This document shows, in pieces, positions 18,966 to 28,745 of a DNA stretch of 64,000 nucleotides. The stretch lies in NCBI GenBank assembly GCA_963668025.2, contig CAXXTH010000022.1:96001-160000 (forward strand), read 5' to 3'. The translations under genes and the position numbers were made by a program. Below the pieces are notes generated by a model. It was not told the origin of the DNA, searched no databases, and worked only from the letters and a program-made list of their open reading frames with translations. Origin of the DNA: Candidatus Hydrogenedentota bacterium. GTDB taxonomy: Bacteria; Hydrogenedentota; Hydrogenedentia; Hydrogenedentales; SLHB01. Each line of letters starts with the position of its first letter. Position 1 is the stretch's first letter.

Positions 18966-20054
18966 TCACCCCACCCCGCCATACAAATGCCCGATGGCGC
19001 TTGGAACAGCGGCTAGATCTACACCCAGCGTGCCACCTCTGCCACAAGGGAACTCATTGTCACTGAACCGCATGTAAGAGACATGCCCGTCCATGTACAA
19101 CACATTCGAGCCGCCGGGGACATGATTGAAGTTCTGAATCGCCTTCGTATGGACGAAAGCATTCCAGTCGGAATTGGCGATGCCACCCCACGCATCGAAC
19201 ATGACGACAATCGTGCTTTGGCCTTTCGCGCCCGCGGCGGGATTGTTGATGTCGGTGATCGAGAAGCGTTCTATCCCTTGGCGGAGGCGGTTAAAACTTG
19301 GTTTTGAAGAGACACTGATGTTTTTACCATTCTCGTCGGTTAATCCGGCGTAATCCCAGCCGGTGGAGCCCGGATATTTCGTACCGCGTGTGAGGTCTTT
19401 TAAATTGAAGTCCGACGAGGTTTCCGCCCATATTGTGTCACAAAGCGATGCGCCGGGCCAGAACCACCCCAGAAGCTCCGGGGTGATGTTGATGTACTGG
19501 TCCAGATAATTCCGGCGCACGGTGCCGAATACGGCCCATTCTCCAAAACTCGTCACCAGGTAGCCTAGATATAAATACGACACGGGCATCGATAGCAGCA
19601 GATCCCGGCACGCTTTATTGGCGACGGATCTGTCTGCGGAATACTCCTTGGCAGCTTTCGTAATCTGCGCCGGGAAATCCTCTTCCACGCCAACATAATC
19701 CATCCCGGCGCGGGAATCGGATGGACACAGCGTGATGCTTACGTCGTTCCAGTAGTCGGGAAATAATTGTGCGCCATCAAGAGACATAGAGAAGTAAGTA
19801 ACCGAATTGTTGGATTCGTCGCATTTGTAGACATTGTTCGCCATGGGGGGGAAATAGGCGCCTTTGGATTCATTGGCGTACATGGTGTGAATAAGGCCCC
19901 ATTGCTTAAGGTTGCTTGCGCAGGAAGCCCTTCGGGCGGCTTCGCGGGCGCGGGCCAGTGCGGGGAGCAGGATGGCGGCCAGAATCGCAATGATAGCGAT
20001 CACTACTAACAATTCAATCAAGGTAAAACCGTAATAATGACTCCTTTTCATCAC
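18966..20054 (-). CDS. DUF1559 pilin-like protein (prepilin N-terminal cleavage/methylation plus H-X9-DG-type C-terminus)
   Basis: G|[35 protein letters not shown]; [16 protein letters not shown]. Confidence 0.92.
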   Translation of the reverse strand: MMKRSHYYGFTLIELLVVIAIIAILAAILLPALARAREAARRASCASNLKQWGLIHTMYANESKGAYFPPMANNVYKCDESNNSVTYFSMSLDGAQLFPDYWNDVSITLCPSDSRAGMDYVGVEEDFPAQITKAAKEYSADRSVANKACRDLLLSMPVSYLYLGYLVTSFGEWAVFGTVRRNYLDQYINITPELLGWFWPGASLCDTIWAETSSDFNLKDLTRGTKYPGSTGWDYAGLTDENGKNISVSSKPSFNRLRQGIERFSITDINNPAAGAKGQSTIVVMFDAWGGIANSDWNAFVHTKAIQNFNHVPGGSNVLYMDGHVSYMRFSDNEFPCGRGGTLGVDLAAVPSAIGHLYGGVG

Positions 20055-20190
20055 ACAAAACCTCCATATTTATAAATGTATACTGATATCTATTCCGCCA
20101 AGTTATAACCTTTCATTTTGAATAACTGTTTTTCCCTTTAATATGTCATTCAGTGTAACGCTATTTGCATGTGCTTTTTGTTGGTTGCTA

Positions 20191-20234
20191 GAGGCAGGCT
20201 CGAAATCATGCGCCATTTCTTTCGAGCCTGCCTC
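20191..20234 (-). terminator. hairpin downstream of the clan-A GH gene
   Basis: GAGGCAGGCTCGAAA / TTTCGAGCCTGCCTC 15-bp stem just past the stop at 20249; no clear U tract. Confidence 0.6.
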
Positions 20235-20248
20235 AAACCACCTCATAC

Positions 20249-22066
20249 CTAGTCTCTCGGGAACTGGTCCCTGTCCCGGTCGGCAGGCTCCATTCGATAT
20301 AGATGCTTGCCAACCGGAGTTAGTCGTAATCCTTCCGCCAACTCGGGAGGATATCCTTTTCCTGGCTCGACGACGTAGGCGTAGGTCACCGCGCCAATCA
20401 TGTGCCGGAGCATGTTATTCTCGGGAAGCGGCACTTCATTCTTGTACGCCGGATCAAAGGTGATGACCCAGAAATCGGGTCGCTGCGGCTTTATCATGCG
20501 ATTTAGCTGGGCGGCTGTATCGGCGTCCGGCGCGATGATCATCGCGCGCTCCGGGTGGTAGAACGGAACCCAAGGCCGTTCCACCTTGAGTATATCTTGG
20601 GCGGCCTCACGGATTTGCTGGTCCACGTTCGTCAAAACCACCAGGCTCTCTGGTGGCAATTGTAATTGGAATGCACCGCCCGCTTTGACCGATATTTCAG
20701 CGGCAGGCAACAACATGCCGCGATCCACCGTGGGCACGGATTTCCGGGTGTATTCAAACTGGGCCAACGCCAGGTCGGCAGGAGCGTTCAGGTTAATGGT
20801 CACGGGAGTCGGATTGACTTGACTGTTGACGATAAGAAGCGTCCATTCGCCAGAGGGCGATAACAACGCCACGGCTGGTGTTTGATTGCCTATATCGTCC
20901 GGCTCACCCGTTACAGCAAATACCTTACTGCCTGGCCGTGTATACCGGGTCAGCAGGGACCAAGAGTAAAAGCCAGGGCGCGGCTCCCAGTCTTCATCCA
21001 TATTGCGCCATAACCCGGCTTCCTGTTTGTTGAGGCTGTCGTAGTAGGTATCGAACAGGCACCACATCATTACGTTGGAAACGCCGCGCCGCAACGACTC
21101 GACGGCGAAGCGGGCCAAGAACAGCCCATAATCGAATTTGTCGTTATCGGTCATGGTGAAAATGCCGCCCCGGCTGGGGCCGAAACAGCCAAACTCGGTG
21201 ATCATGAGCGGCTTGTCCGCGCCTCCAAATGTATCGAGGGCTTGCCTGCGCGACAAAATAAAATCGTTAATCGTGGGACAGGTGAACGATTGGCCATAGG
21301 TGTGGAAGGAAGCGCCATCAAAGTAATCGCATCCACCCTCGGCGGCTACGTCATAAAACCATTCACCTTGCTCCGTGTTCGCCCAGTTGCTGCCATCCAT
21401 GCCGAGCAACATGATGCCATCGCGCAAATGGCGTTTTTTCAGTTCCTCGTCCAGCAGGCGGTTCATCCGGATAAAGTCTTTAGGCGCGGGTATGCGCCAG
21501 GAATTATCCGGCTCGTTCATTAACGTAACTTGCGTGATATTGTCCAGTCCCTGATCCCGTTTCAGGTATTCGACTAGATCGACCAAACTGCGAACGACTT
21601 CTTTTTCCATGTCAGGCGACGGCAATCGCCAGTCCGAATCGACCTTCATCCATGCGCTATACGCAAACCAATCACCCCACGGGCAAAGGTTGATCTTGCA
21701 ATTGATGGACTTCAGAAAGCTCGCCCATTCCACATAGTCTTTCATGAACTCGCCATCAGGAGTTTGCTTGCCTTTTTCAGGCTCCCACCATGGGTAGGAA
21801 AAGAAGGTGCGCATGACATGAGGCCGCATCGCACGCACACGCTCGTGAACCAGCTCGATATCCTCTGCATCAAGACCACGCTCCTTGTTGACATACGTGG
21901 TCATCATACTGTCGCCTTGGCAGCCTAAACCAATGAAATCTTTACATAACACTTGATCTGGCTTGACCGTAAGATTCAACTCTCCGGCAGCCATCGCGGC
22001 CTGCGTCCATACCAGTGTCCCGAATAGTAAAAACAGCGGAAAGAGTCTCTTCATCTTCATGTTCAT
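20249..22066 (-). CDS. secreted clan GH-A glycoside hydrolase (GH5/GH30/GH39-like)
   Basis: Signal peptide; MNEPD acid/base, SFHTY, ITEFG nucleophile; GH30-like beta-sandwich after the barrel; start at 22066 or 22060 behind GAGGA. Confidence 0.8.
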   Translation of the reverse strand: MNMKMKRLFPLFLLFGTLVWTQAAMAAGELNLTVKPDQVLCKDFIGLGCQGDSMMTTYVNKERGLDAEDIELVHERVRAMRPHVMRTFFSYPWWEPEKGKQTPDGEFMKDYVEWASFLKSINCKINLCPWGDWFAYSAWMKVDSDWRLPSPDMEKEVVRSLVDLVEYLKRDQGLDNITQVTLMNEPDNSWRIPAPKDFIRMNRLLDEELKKRHLRDGIMLLGMDGSNWANTEQGEWFYDVAAEGGCDYFDGASFHTYGQSFTCPTINDFILSRRQALDTFGGADKPLMITEFGCFGPSRGGIFTMTDNDKFDYGLFLARFAVESLRRGVSNVMMWCLFDTYYDSLNKQEAGLWRNMDEDWEPRPGFYSWSLLTRYTRPGSKVFAVTGEPDDIGNQTPAVALLSPSGEWTLLIVNSQVNPTPVTINLNAPADLALAQFEYTRKSVPTVDRGMLLPAAEISVKAGGAFQLQLPPESLVVLTNVDQQIREAAQDILKVERPWVPFYHPERAMIIAPDADTAAQLNRMIKPQRPDFWVITFDPAYKNEVPLPENNMLRHMIGAVTYAYVVEPGKGYPPELAEGLRLTPVGKHLYRMEPADRDRDQFPRD

Positions 22067-22150
22067 CCCATCCTCGGTTTTCGAGAGATACCGGCGCAAA
22101 ATGCGCACCATCCCCATTCTTTCTTGTATAGGGAACACTATATTGCCGGG

Positions 22151-22315
22151 ATAGAAAACGTTTGCTATACCCTGCATGCATCATCCCCTGCCTCATGTAT
22201 CAGATGAAATTAACTATAAACCCATCAGCCACGCAGTCGATGAACGAAAATCACCCGCCCCAAATAGTAACCGTTTTCTATACATAATCTACACGCTTTT
22301 CCATTATGCTGTCAA
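22151..22315 (-). promoter_or_regulatory. promoter with two matching LacI-type palindromic operators
   Basis: ATAGAAAACGTTTGCTAT (22151-22168) and ATAGTAACCGTTTTCTAT (22264-22281); minus strand TTGACA(22315)-18 nt-TAGATT. Confidence 0.7.
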
Positions 22316-22445
22316 GAAAAAAATGAAACTCCGATTTTTTCATGCAAGATCTCTTGCCTCGAGCAGGACGATTATAGGCGCAAATGGCTGCACCATCGGT
22401 AAATCATACCCCAAAAACTCGAAAAAACAGAGCGAGTGATAACGC

Positions 22446-23675
22446 TTATATTTTGTGCAGAGTGACAAGCCCCACTTCTGGATGCACGCCCAATCGGACA
22501 GGCATAAAGGCCATTCCGACTCCCCGCGACACAATAACCGGGAAATGAGGCCCCTGGCAAAGCCCGCCCATGTATTTGAGTCCATATTGAGATACATGGC
22601 CTACAGGGCCATAACCTGGCAATAGCACCTGGCCTCCATGGGTGTGGCCGCTGAGCATGAATGCAATCCGATACCGCCAGAGATCTTGTTCCGCTGTATC
22701 TGGATTGTGGGAAAGCATAATCCGAGGCATATCTGCCGGCACGCCTTCTAAAGCACTTTCAAAAGAGATGTGGTCGGTCCAATAGTCACCTACCCCTCCA
22801 ATGCATATTGCAGGCTCGAAAGGAATATCCGTGCTCAACCCCACCGCGCTCAAAAACAAACGTGTATTGTCCAACAGAGGCACTCCAATACGCGCAAACT
22901 GGGTGCGGCAGGCTTGAGCACCCTCCCAATGATCATGATTGCCCAGCACGGCCGCTACCCCCAAGCGGCCATGGAATTGGCCTAGAGCCTCCACACCGGT
23001 CCGGATAGCCCGTGGAGTCATATGCACATAATCTCCCGTCAACGCCACCAAATCAGGAGACAAGGCGTTTACATACTCCGCGACATGTAAAAGGAAAGCG
23101 GCGCTTATAAATGGGCCATAATGGGTATCGGAAACATGTGCAATGCGCAGGCCGTCCAGTTGCGGCGGAAGGCCTTTTACTTGCATGTCATAATAACGAG
23201 TGTAAAGTGCGGACGGCTCCCAGTAAGAAGCATAGCCGCCAACGCCTGCAACCGCCACCCCGGCGGCTATGGTGGATGTCCGAGTCAAAAATTCACGCCT
23301 GGCAACTTGAGGCGCGTCGTGTTTCGCTCCAATGGCGCGGGGACGATTCCGAAACAAGCACGCCAGAACCCATTTACCTAAATAATAAACACCTGCATAT
23401 ATATAAGGTGTGATGAGGCATGACAATATGAAATTACCGCGCGGCCAGTGATGATAAACTACAGGGAAAGGAATCGCCGCGATGAAGCGCGCAGGAACAA
23501 TCAAGAGATAAGTGGCTCGATACGCCGCACGGCTTATAGGCTCTAGAAACAAAGGCAAGCTCATGGTTTGCGACGGCAAAATGCAACAGAGAAGCACTAT
23601 GCCCAACAGGAGCAATCCCAGTACTCGGCGTAAATTCCACCGCATCGGTTCAGACGCTGATTGGAAAAGCATCAC
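22446..23675 (-). CDS. membrane-bound metallophosphoesterase (YkuE/YaeI-like)
   Basis: SDTH, TGDY, GNHD, SHNPD, SGHTHGGQ motifs; N-terminal TM helices. Confidence 0.9.
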   Translation of the reverse strand: MMLFQSASEPMRWNLRRVLGLLLLGIVLLCCILPSQTMSLPLFLEPISRAAYRATYLLIVPARFIAAIPFPVVYHHWPRGNFILSCLITPYIYAGVYYLGKWVLACLFRNRPRAIGAKHDAPQVARREFLTRTSTIAAGVAVAGVGGYASYWEPSALYTRYYDMQVKGLPPQLDGLRIAHVSDTHYGPFISAAFLLHVAEYVNALSPDLVALTGDYVHMTPRAIRTGVEALGQFHGRLGVAAVLGNHDHWEGAQACRTQFARIGVPLLDNTRLFLSAVGLSTDIPFEPAICIGGVGDYWTDHISFESALEGVPADMPRIMLSHNPDTAEQDLWRYRIAFMLSGHTHGGQVLLPGYGPVGHVSQYGLKYMGGLCQGPHFPVIVSRGVGMAFMPVRLGVHPEVGLVTLHKI

Positions 23676-23923
23676 TCGTTATCCATACCCCAGCTTTTTT
23701 TAGGAAGCACTTTATACAGCTTCATTCTGCACCAGAAAGCATGCCCTCAACAAAAAAGTGCAGAAATCCATTATCCGTTTTTACGCTTCTTGTAACCAGT
23801 AAAGAAATCATATAACAGAAACTTACCGCATGCTTGACACACAACCAGGAAAACGGCAAAATCGAGCAAGTAAGCGCTTTCTCTTGGCGCATCGAGCTAG
23901 AACCTACCGGGGAGGACAGCACC

Positions 23924-25375
23924 ATGGAGCGGCGGGCATTTCTCAAAACAGCCGCGGCAGCAGGTACGGCCGGCGTGTGGGCCGCTTCCTGTGCGACAGA
24001 TCCCACCAGAACCCAGGCCAGCATCGATAAACCCAATTTTCTGTTCATCCTCACGGATGATCAGGGATGGGGCGACTTAGGGTGTTATGGGCATCCCGTC
24101 CTAAAAACGCCCCATCTGGACCGGCTGGCGGAAAAGGGTTGCCGGTTCACTGACTTCTATGTGTCGATGCCGATCTGTTCCCCTACGCGTTCCTCATGTC
24201 TTACCGGGCGCGATCCTAACCGCTACGGATTCAAACATGTCATCAACACCGGCATGGTGAATCCCCAGGTTCGCGTGCCCGAGGTGCATCACCTGCCGGT
24301 GAATGAACCCAGCCTTCCCCGGCAATTGAAGCAAGCCGGATACCGGACCGGCACCGTCGGCAAATGGCACTTAAGCCATAATGGACCTGCTTCCGAGCCC
24401 ACTCCGGGAGATTATGGATTTGATTATTGGTATCGCTTGTGGAAAGGAGACAGTCTATATCGCGGGCCTTCGCAATGGCAGCGCAATGCGGAAATCATCG
24501 ATATACCAGCAGACAAATGGTACCCGGAAATGTATGTCGATGAGGCCATCCGGTTCATTGAATCTGGAAGAGAACCTTTTTATCTAAACTTTTGGACCTT
24601 TACGCCGCATGTTCGCGAAGAGGCCGCCGAGTCCATGCGCGCCTTATATGAAGGCCGGACGGAGTATGAAAAGACTTACTTCGGCAGTATTACGCAGATG
24701 GACGAACAGATCGGCCGGTTGTTGGATTACCTTGAATCCAAAGGCCTCACGCAAAACACCGTGATCATCTTTTGCAGTGACAACGGGCCGGAGCCTCCGG
24801 TGAACGAACACGGCCATGAAGAAGCCCGCCGAGGCTCGACCGGACGGTTCCGGGGCGCTAAACACGTGATTTATGAAGGAGGCATTCGAGTGCCCGGTAT
24901 TATCTACTGGCCAGGATTAACCAAACCGGGAAGCATATCGCAAACGCCTGTTTCCGTATTGGACTTCTTCCCCACACTATGCGCCGCCACTGGCGCGTCC
25001 GTTCCCGAAGGGTGGGCATTTGACGGGGCGGATTTCCGTCCAGCTTTAAGTGGCGGCGAAGTGCAGCGCCCCCACCCGCTCTACTGGCAGTGCGAATATT
25101 CCATGAAGACATTTGTCCCAGGCTTCACAAGCCCGCCTTTGGCCATTCGGGAAGGCCACTGGAAACTCATGTGTGATATGCAATTCGGAAATACGTGCTT
25201 ATATAATCTCGATGTCGATCCTACAGAGCAATGGAACGTGGATAAATGCGAACCGGAGATCGCTTCATCCATGCTCGACAAGCTTAAGGCCATTTATGCA
25301 GACATCAATGGCTCCTATCAACGCGAAGCAGCGTATTTGAATCCCGATATTTTGAAAGGCAGAAAACCTCAATAA
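23924..25375 (+). CDS. Tat-exported formylglycine-dependent (S1) sulfatase
   Basis: ERRAFLK Tat signal; DDQG, CSPTR...LTGR, GKWHL, SDNG; start behind GGAGG. Confidence 0.93.
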   Translation: MERRAFLKTAAAAGTAGVWAASCATDPTRTQASIDKPNFLFILTDDQGWGDLGCYGHPVLKTPHLDRLAEKGCRFTDFYVSMPICSPTRSSCLTGRDPNRYGFKHVINTGMVNPQVRVPEVHHLPVNEPSLPRQLKQAGYRTGTVGKWHLSHNGPASEPTPGDYGFDYWYRLWKGDSLYRGPSQWQRNAEIIDIPADKWYPEMYVDEAIRFIESGREPFYLNFWTFTPHVREEAAESMRALYEGRTEYEKTYFGSITQMDEQIGRLLDYLESKGLTQNTVIIFCSDNGPEPPVNEHGHEEARRGSTGRFRGAKHVIYEGGIRVPGIIYWPGLTKPGSISQTPVSVLDFFPTLCAATGASVPEGWAFDGADFRPALSGGEVQRPHPLYWQCEYSMKTFVPGFTSPPLAIREGHWKLMCDMQFGNTCLYNLDVDPTEQWNVDKCEPEIASSMLDKLKAIYADINGSYQREAAYLNPDILKGRKPQ

Positions 25376-25403
25376 AAAGCCCCCATAAACCATACACATG
25401 CGC

Positions 25404-26213
25404 TTATCGCCCATGTGTATGGTTTATGGGCTTTCCGCAATGCGGGCAAACCATGCTTGCCCGGCTTTTGCGCGTTTGGATTTCTTCGATGAAACCAGAA
25501 CCCAGTATGCCCGTGGGCAGCGCGAACATGCCGATTCCTAAAATCGCGATAAGTGCACCGCATATTTTACCGATAGGCGTAATGGGATAGGCGTCGCCAT
25601 ATCCGACCGTAGTCAGTGTGGAAACCGCCCACCACATCGTTGCGGGGATGTTGGAAAAAACATCCGGCTGCGCAGCGTTTTCGCAGAAAAACATGACGCA
25701 AGAGGAAATGACCAGTAAGGTGAACATAAGCACCGTGGTTAGAACGAGTTCTTCTTTTCTGCTCAGCAACACGTTTTTGATCAAAGTCAGTGAGGCATAA
25801 TACCGCCCGATCTTGAATATTCGGATGATACGAAACATGCGCAGAATCCGAATGAACCGCAGATCCAGCCCGAGCAAGGGGAGATAAGACGGTAGAAAAG
25901 ACATCAGGTCGATCAGCGTCATGAACCGCAAGGCATACTGAATGCGGCCCCATATGGGGCGGGCATATCGCTTGTTCTCCACGCACGACCATAAGCGCCC
26001 GATGTATTCCACCGTAAAAACCAAAATCGAAAATACCTCGAATGCCCTGAATAAAGGAGCATAGGCATTACGTAAAAACTCGACAGATTCCAAAATCACG
26101 GCGAATACATTCAGTGCAATTAACAATAATATAAATGTATCGATAGCCAAACTCGAACGGTCGCCTGGTTTGGCCACATCGAGGATTTCCCAGAGCCGCC
26201 GCCGGGTTTTCAT
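25404..26213 (-). CDS. voltage-gated potassium channel-like ion transporter
   Basis: TTVGYGD filter, S4-like LRFIRILRMFRIIRIFK, C-terminal CPHC. Confidence 0.92.
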   Translation of the reverse strand: MKTRRRLWEILDVAKPGDRSSLAIDTFILLLIALNVFAVILESVEFLRNAYAPLFRAFEVFSILVFTVEYIGRLWSCVENKRYARPIWGRIQYALRFMTLIDLMSFLPSYLPLLGLDLRFIRILRMFRIIRIFKIGRYYASLTLIKNVLLSRKEELVLTTVLMFTLLVISSCVMFFCENAAQPDVFSNIPATMWWAVSTLTTVGYGDAYPITPIGKICGALIAILGIGMFALPTGILGSGFIEEIQTRKSRASMVCPHCGKPINHTHGR

Positions 26214-27274
26214 ATCGTTGCGCCCAGCCGCGCAATCGCCTCGGCGGAATGCCCCGCAGCTTGAAGAGGTGCGATAATATCGGCTTCCACGTCAGGAACG
26301 TAATAATCCAATATCGCACCCTTGCCTTCCAGCGTGAACTGGAGAGCGCATCCTGGCACAAGCACAGCCTGTCCAGGAGCCATTGCCACGTTCTCCCCAC
26401 CCACATTCAGATACATGACGCCCCTCTTGCCCAACAAGATATGGAACGTGCGCCCATCCACCTGCCTCGTAAAAGAACCACCGGGCATTTCCAGGAGTTC
26501 GGCGGCGAAATAGCGGCAAACCGCCAGTATGCAGCGTTCAGCGTTCTGTTCGCGGCAGGACAATGGTTCAGCGCGGCCCGCGTGTTTGGCTCCGAAATGG
26601 ATGGCTTTGAGGCTCTTATCAATGTGCAGTTCACGCGGCGCGCCATCCGCCTGCACACGGCCCCAATCATACAATCGGTAGGTTAAATCGCTATTCTGTT
26701 GGATCTCGGCAAGGACAATGCCGCCTCCAATGGCATGGACGATCCCTGCGGGCACAAACGCGGATGCGCCTTCCTCGACGGGAAAAGAGAGCATCCATTG
26801 ATGCAGCGTGTTATCCGCAATGGCGCGTTCAATGTCTTCTGGCGTAGCGGAAGGATTCAATCCGCAAATCAACTGGCTGCCCGGCGCCGCATCCAGGACA
26901 TGCCACATCTCCGTTTTGCCGACATCAGGCTCGCCGAGTTGGCGGGCGGTCTCATCGTCCGGATGCACCTGCACGGATAATGTGTCGCTAGCGTCCAGCA
27001 TTTTTAGTAGAAGCGGGAAACGGCCATGCGGCGTAAGCGCAGGACGGCTCCCCAGAATGGATTTCACGTCACGCGCGATAAGCTGGCGGAGCGTTTGCCC
27101 TTCATAAACGCCCGCGCGCACCACGCTTTCAGCGGAAGGATGGTCTGAAACCGCCCACACTTCACCTATGCGCTTGCCTTCGGGCAATGGCAGTCCAAAT
27201 AATTCCTCGAATCTCCTACCACCCCATATGCGTTCCACATACTGTTCTTCAAAAAACAAAGGCTCGATATGCAT
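26210..27274 (-). CDS. manA: mannose-6-phosphate isomerase, class I
   Basis: RIWGG, FPLLLK.LDA, LSVQVHP, KTEMW, EIQQNSD.TYR.YDW. Confidence 0.88.
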   Translation of the reverse strand: MHIEPLFFEEQYVERIWGGRRFEELFGLPLPEGKRIGEVWAVSDHPSAESVVRAGVYEGQTLRQLIARDVKSILGSRPALTPHGRFPLLLKMLDASDTLSVQVHPDDETARQLGEPDVGKTEMWHVLDAAPGSQLICGLNPSATPEDIERAIADNTLHQWMLSFPVEEGASAFVPAGIVHAIGGGIVLAEIQQNSDLTYRLYDWGRVQADGAPRELHIDKSLKAIHFGAKHAGRAEPLSCREQNAERCILAVCRYFAAELLEMPGGSFTRQVDGRTFHILLGKRGVMYLNVGGENVAMAPGQAVLVPGCALQFTLEGKGAILDYYVPDVEADIIAPLQAAGHSAEAIARLGATI

Positions 27275-27275
27275 G

Positions 27276-28502
27276 CTACTCCTTCGATGCCGCTGCAAAA
27301 CGCTCGAATAGCAGGGCCAGCCTCATCATGCTCCGCCCATTGTGAAAAGCAGAACGTATCCAGTTTCCTTTCGCCGTGACACGCGGCGTGTTATTTCGGT
27401 TCAGATAGGAATACCACTCCCCATATTCCGGATCGGCGAAGTAGGTAAAACAGTATTCATGCAGATCATGAAAACGCTCGAAAAGCTCCGCATCATCTAA
27501 TTCGAGAGCGGAAAGTGCAAGCGTATAAAGCGATTCGGAGTGGACCCACCAAATCTTGTCATCCCAGCGTTCATCCCATGGATTCATGGAATCCGTGTTT
27601 TCGGCGTTTCGCGGACGATGGCCTTTGGGATCTACAAACGCTAAAATACCTCCATACTGGCTGTCATGGCCGAGGTGATACGCCCAATCGGCCATCCGTG
27701 CGGCGCGCTCGAACAGGGCGCGGTCCTTCCGGTAGAGGGCCTCCTCCATGCAGAACCAAGAAGACTCGAATACATGGCCCGGATTGAGCGTTTGTCCAGC
27801 AGGCGTGCTCATCACCCGTTCGTTCCGATCCAGCATCTCAAAGAGGGCTTCATATTCATCCTTGGCGAAAACATGAAGCACTTTGTGCATGCAATAATCA
27901 GACAACGCGCGGATACGCGCATCGCCCAGCACGGAACGCACGATAGAGGCCACGTAGACGCCCATCATATGCGGGCCGTGATATAGAATCCCCGGCTGCA
28001 TGACGAAGTGGTGGTATTCCGAAAAATCGGGGTCCATGACATGCTGTTCAAACTGCTCGTAGGTTTTCTGGATAATGAGCCGGTCTTCATCGCTCCCCGC
28101 CGCCACGGCATGCTCGCACAACCCAATCAAGACGAAGGCATCGGTATACACCGAACTGGATGCATTCAGCACATGTCCGCTTCTGTCGAGCAGATAATGC
28201 CAGCGTCCGTTGCCCGTGTACGCATGTTTCACGAGGAAATCCCGGCCTGTTTTTGCTAATGCCAGCCAGCGCTCCCGCTGCTCGATATGGGTATAGAGTG
28301 AAGCAAACACATACAACTGGCGTCCCTGGCACCAGATATTCTTCTCTTCCCCTGTCCGATTGCCTGCGCGATCAAAAGAAACGAAATAGCCTCCATACTC
28401 CGTATCTTCCGTGCGCGGCTCCCAGAATGCCGCGATTCCTTGAATAAGATAATCGCGGTAAAAGGCAGCCAGCCCGCTCAGTCCCTCCTGCGAAATAGGC
28501 AT
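27276..28502 (-). CDS. AGE family epimerase (N-acylglucosamine 2-epimerase-like)
   Basis: D.EYGGY, W.QGR, NPGH..E..W, K.WWVHSE, GEWY.YL, FH..R. Confidence 0.9.
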   Translation of the reverse strand: MPISQEGLSGLAAFYRDYLIQGIAAFWEPRTEDTEYGGYFVSFDRAGNRTGEEKNIWCQGRQLYVFASLYTHIEQRERWLALAKTGRDFLVKHAYTGNGRWHYLLDRSGHVLNASSSVYTDAFVLIGLCEHAVAAGSDEDRLIIQKTYEQFEQHVMDPDFSEYHHFVMQPGILYHGPHMMGVYVASIVRSVLGDARIRALSDYCMHKVLHVFAKDEYEALFEMLDRNERVMSTPAGQTLNPGHVFESSWFCMEEALYRKDRALFERAARMADWAYHLGHDSQYGGILAFVDPKGHRPRNAENTDSMNPWDERWDDKIWWVHSESLYTLALSALELDDAELFERFHDLHEYCFTYFADPEYGEWYSYLNRNNTPRVTAKGNWIRSAFHNGRSMMRLALLFERFAAASKE

Positions 28503-28745
28503 ATTTGATTACTCCCCATAAATAGCGGTGATACACTACGGTACGGCATAACCCTATGCAGGATCAACGAGGCTTTCTATCGGACGGCCTCCCTCAAAAA
28601 TGCAAATATTTGAATACTTATTGCCAAAACATCAATCAAAGATTATAATACTCGCGTCATGAACCGGCATTATCGGGCTTGGGGACACAGCCGGTGTGAT
28701 GCATGCTACATTTCCAAAAACACAACGATACGGAAAGGGGCCGAC

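Noticed and set aside
6560-20054. Diversity-generating retroelement behind DUF1559 variation
   Set aside because: No reverse transcriptase in the window; the paralogues differ at synonymous sites even in conserved blocks, with no adenine-specific template/variable repeat pair.
23280-23320. Internal RREFL motif in the metallophosphoesterase as a separate Tat gene start
   Set aside because: No RBS/ATG there; N-terminal TMs followed by an internal twin-arginine-like segment is a common layout for this family.
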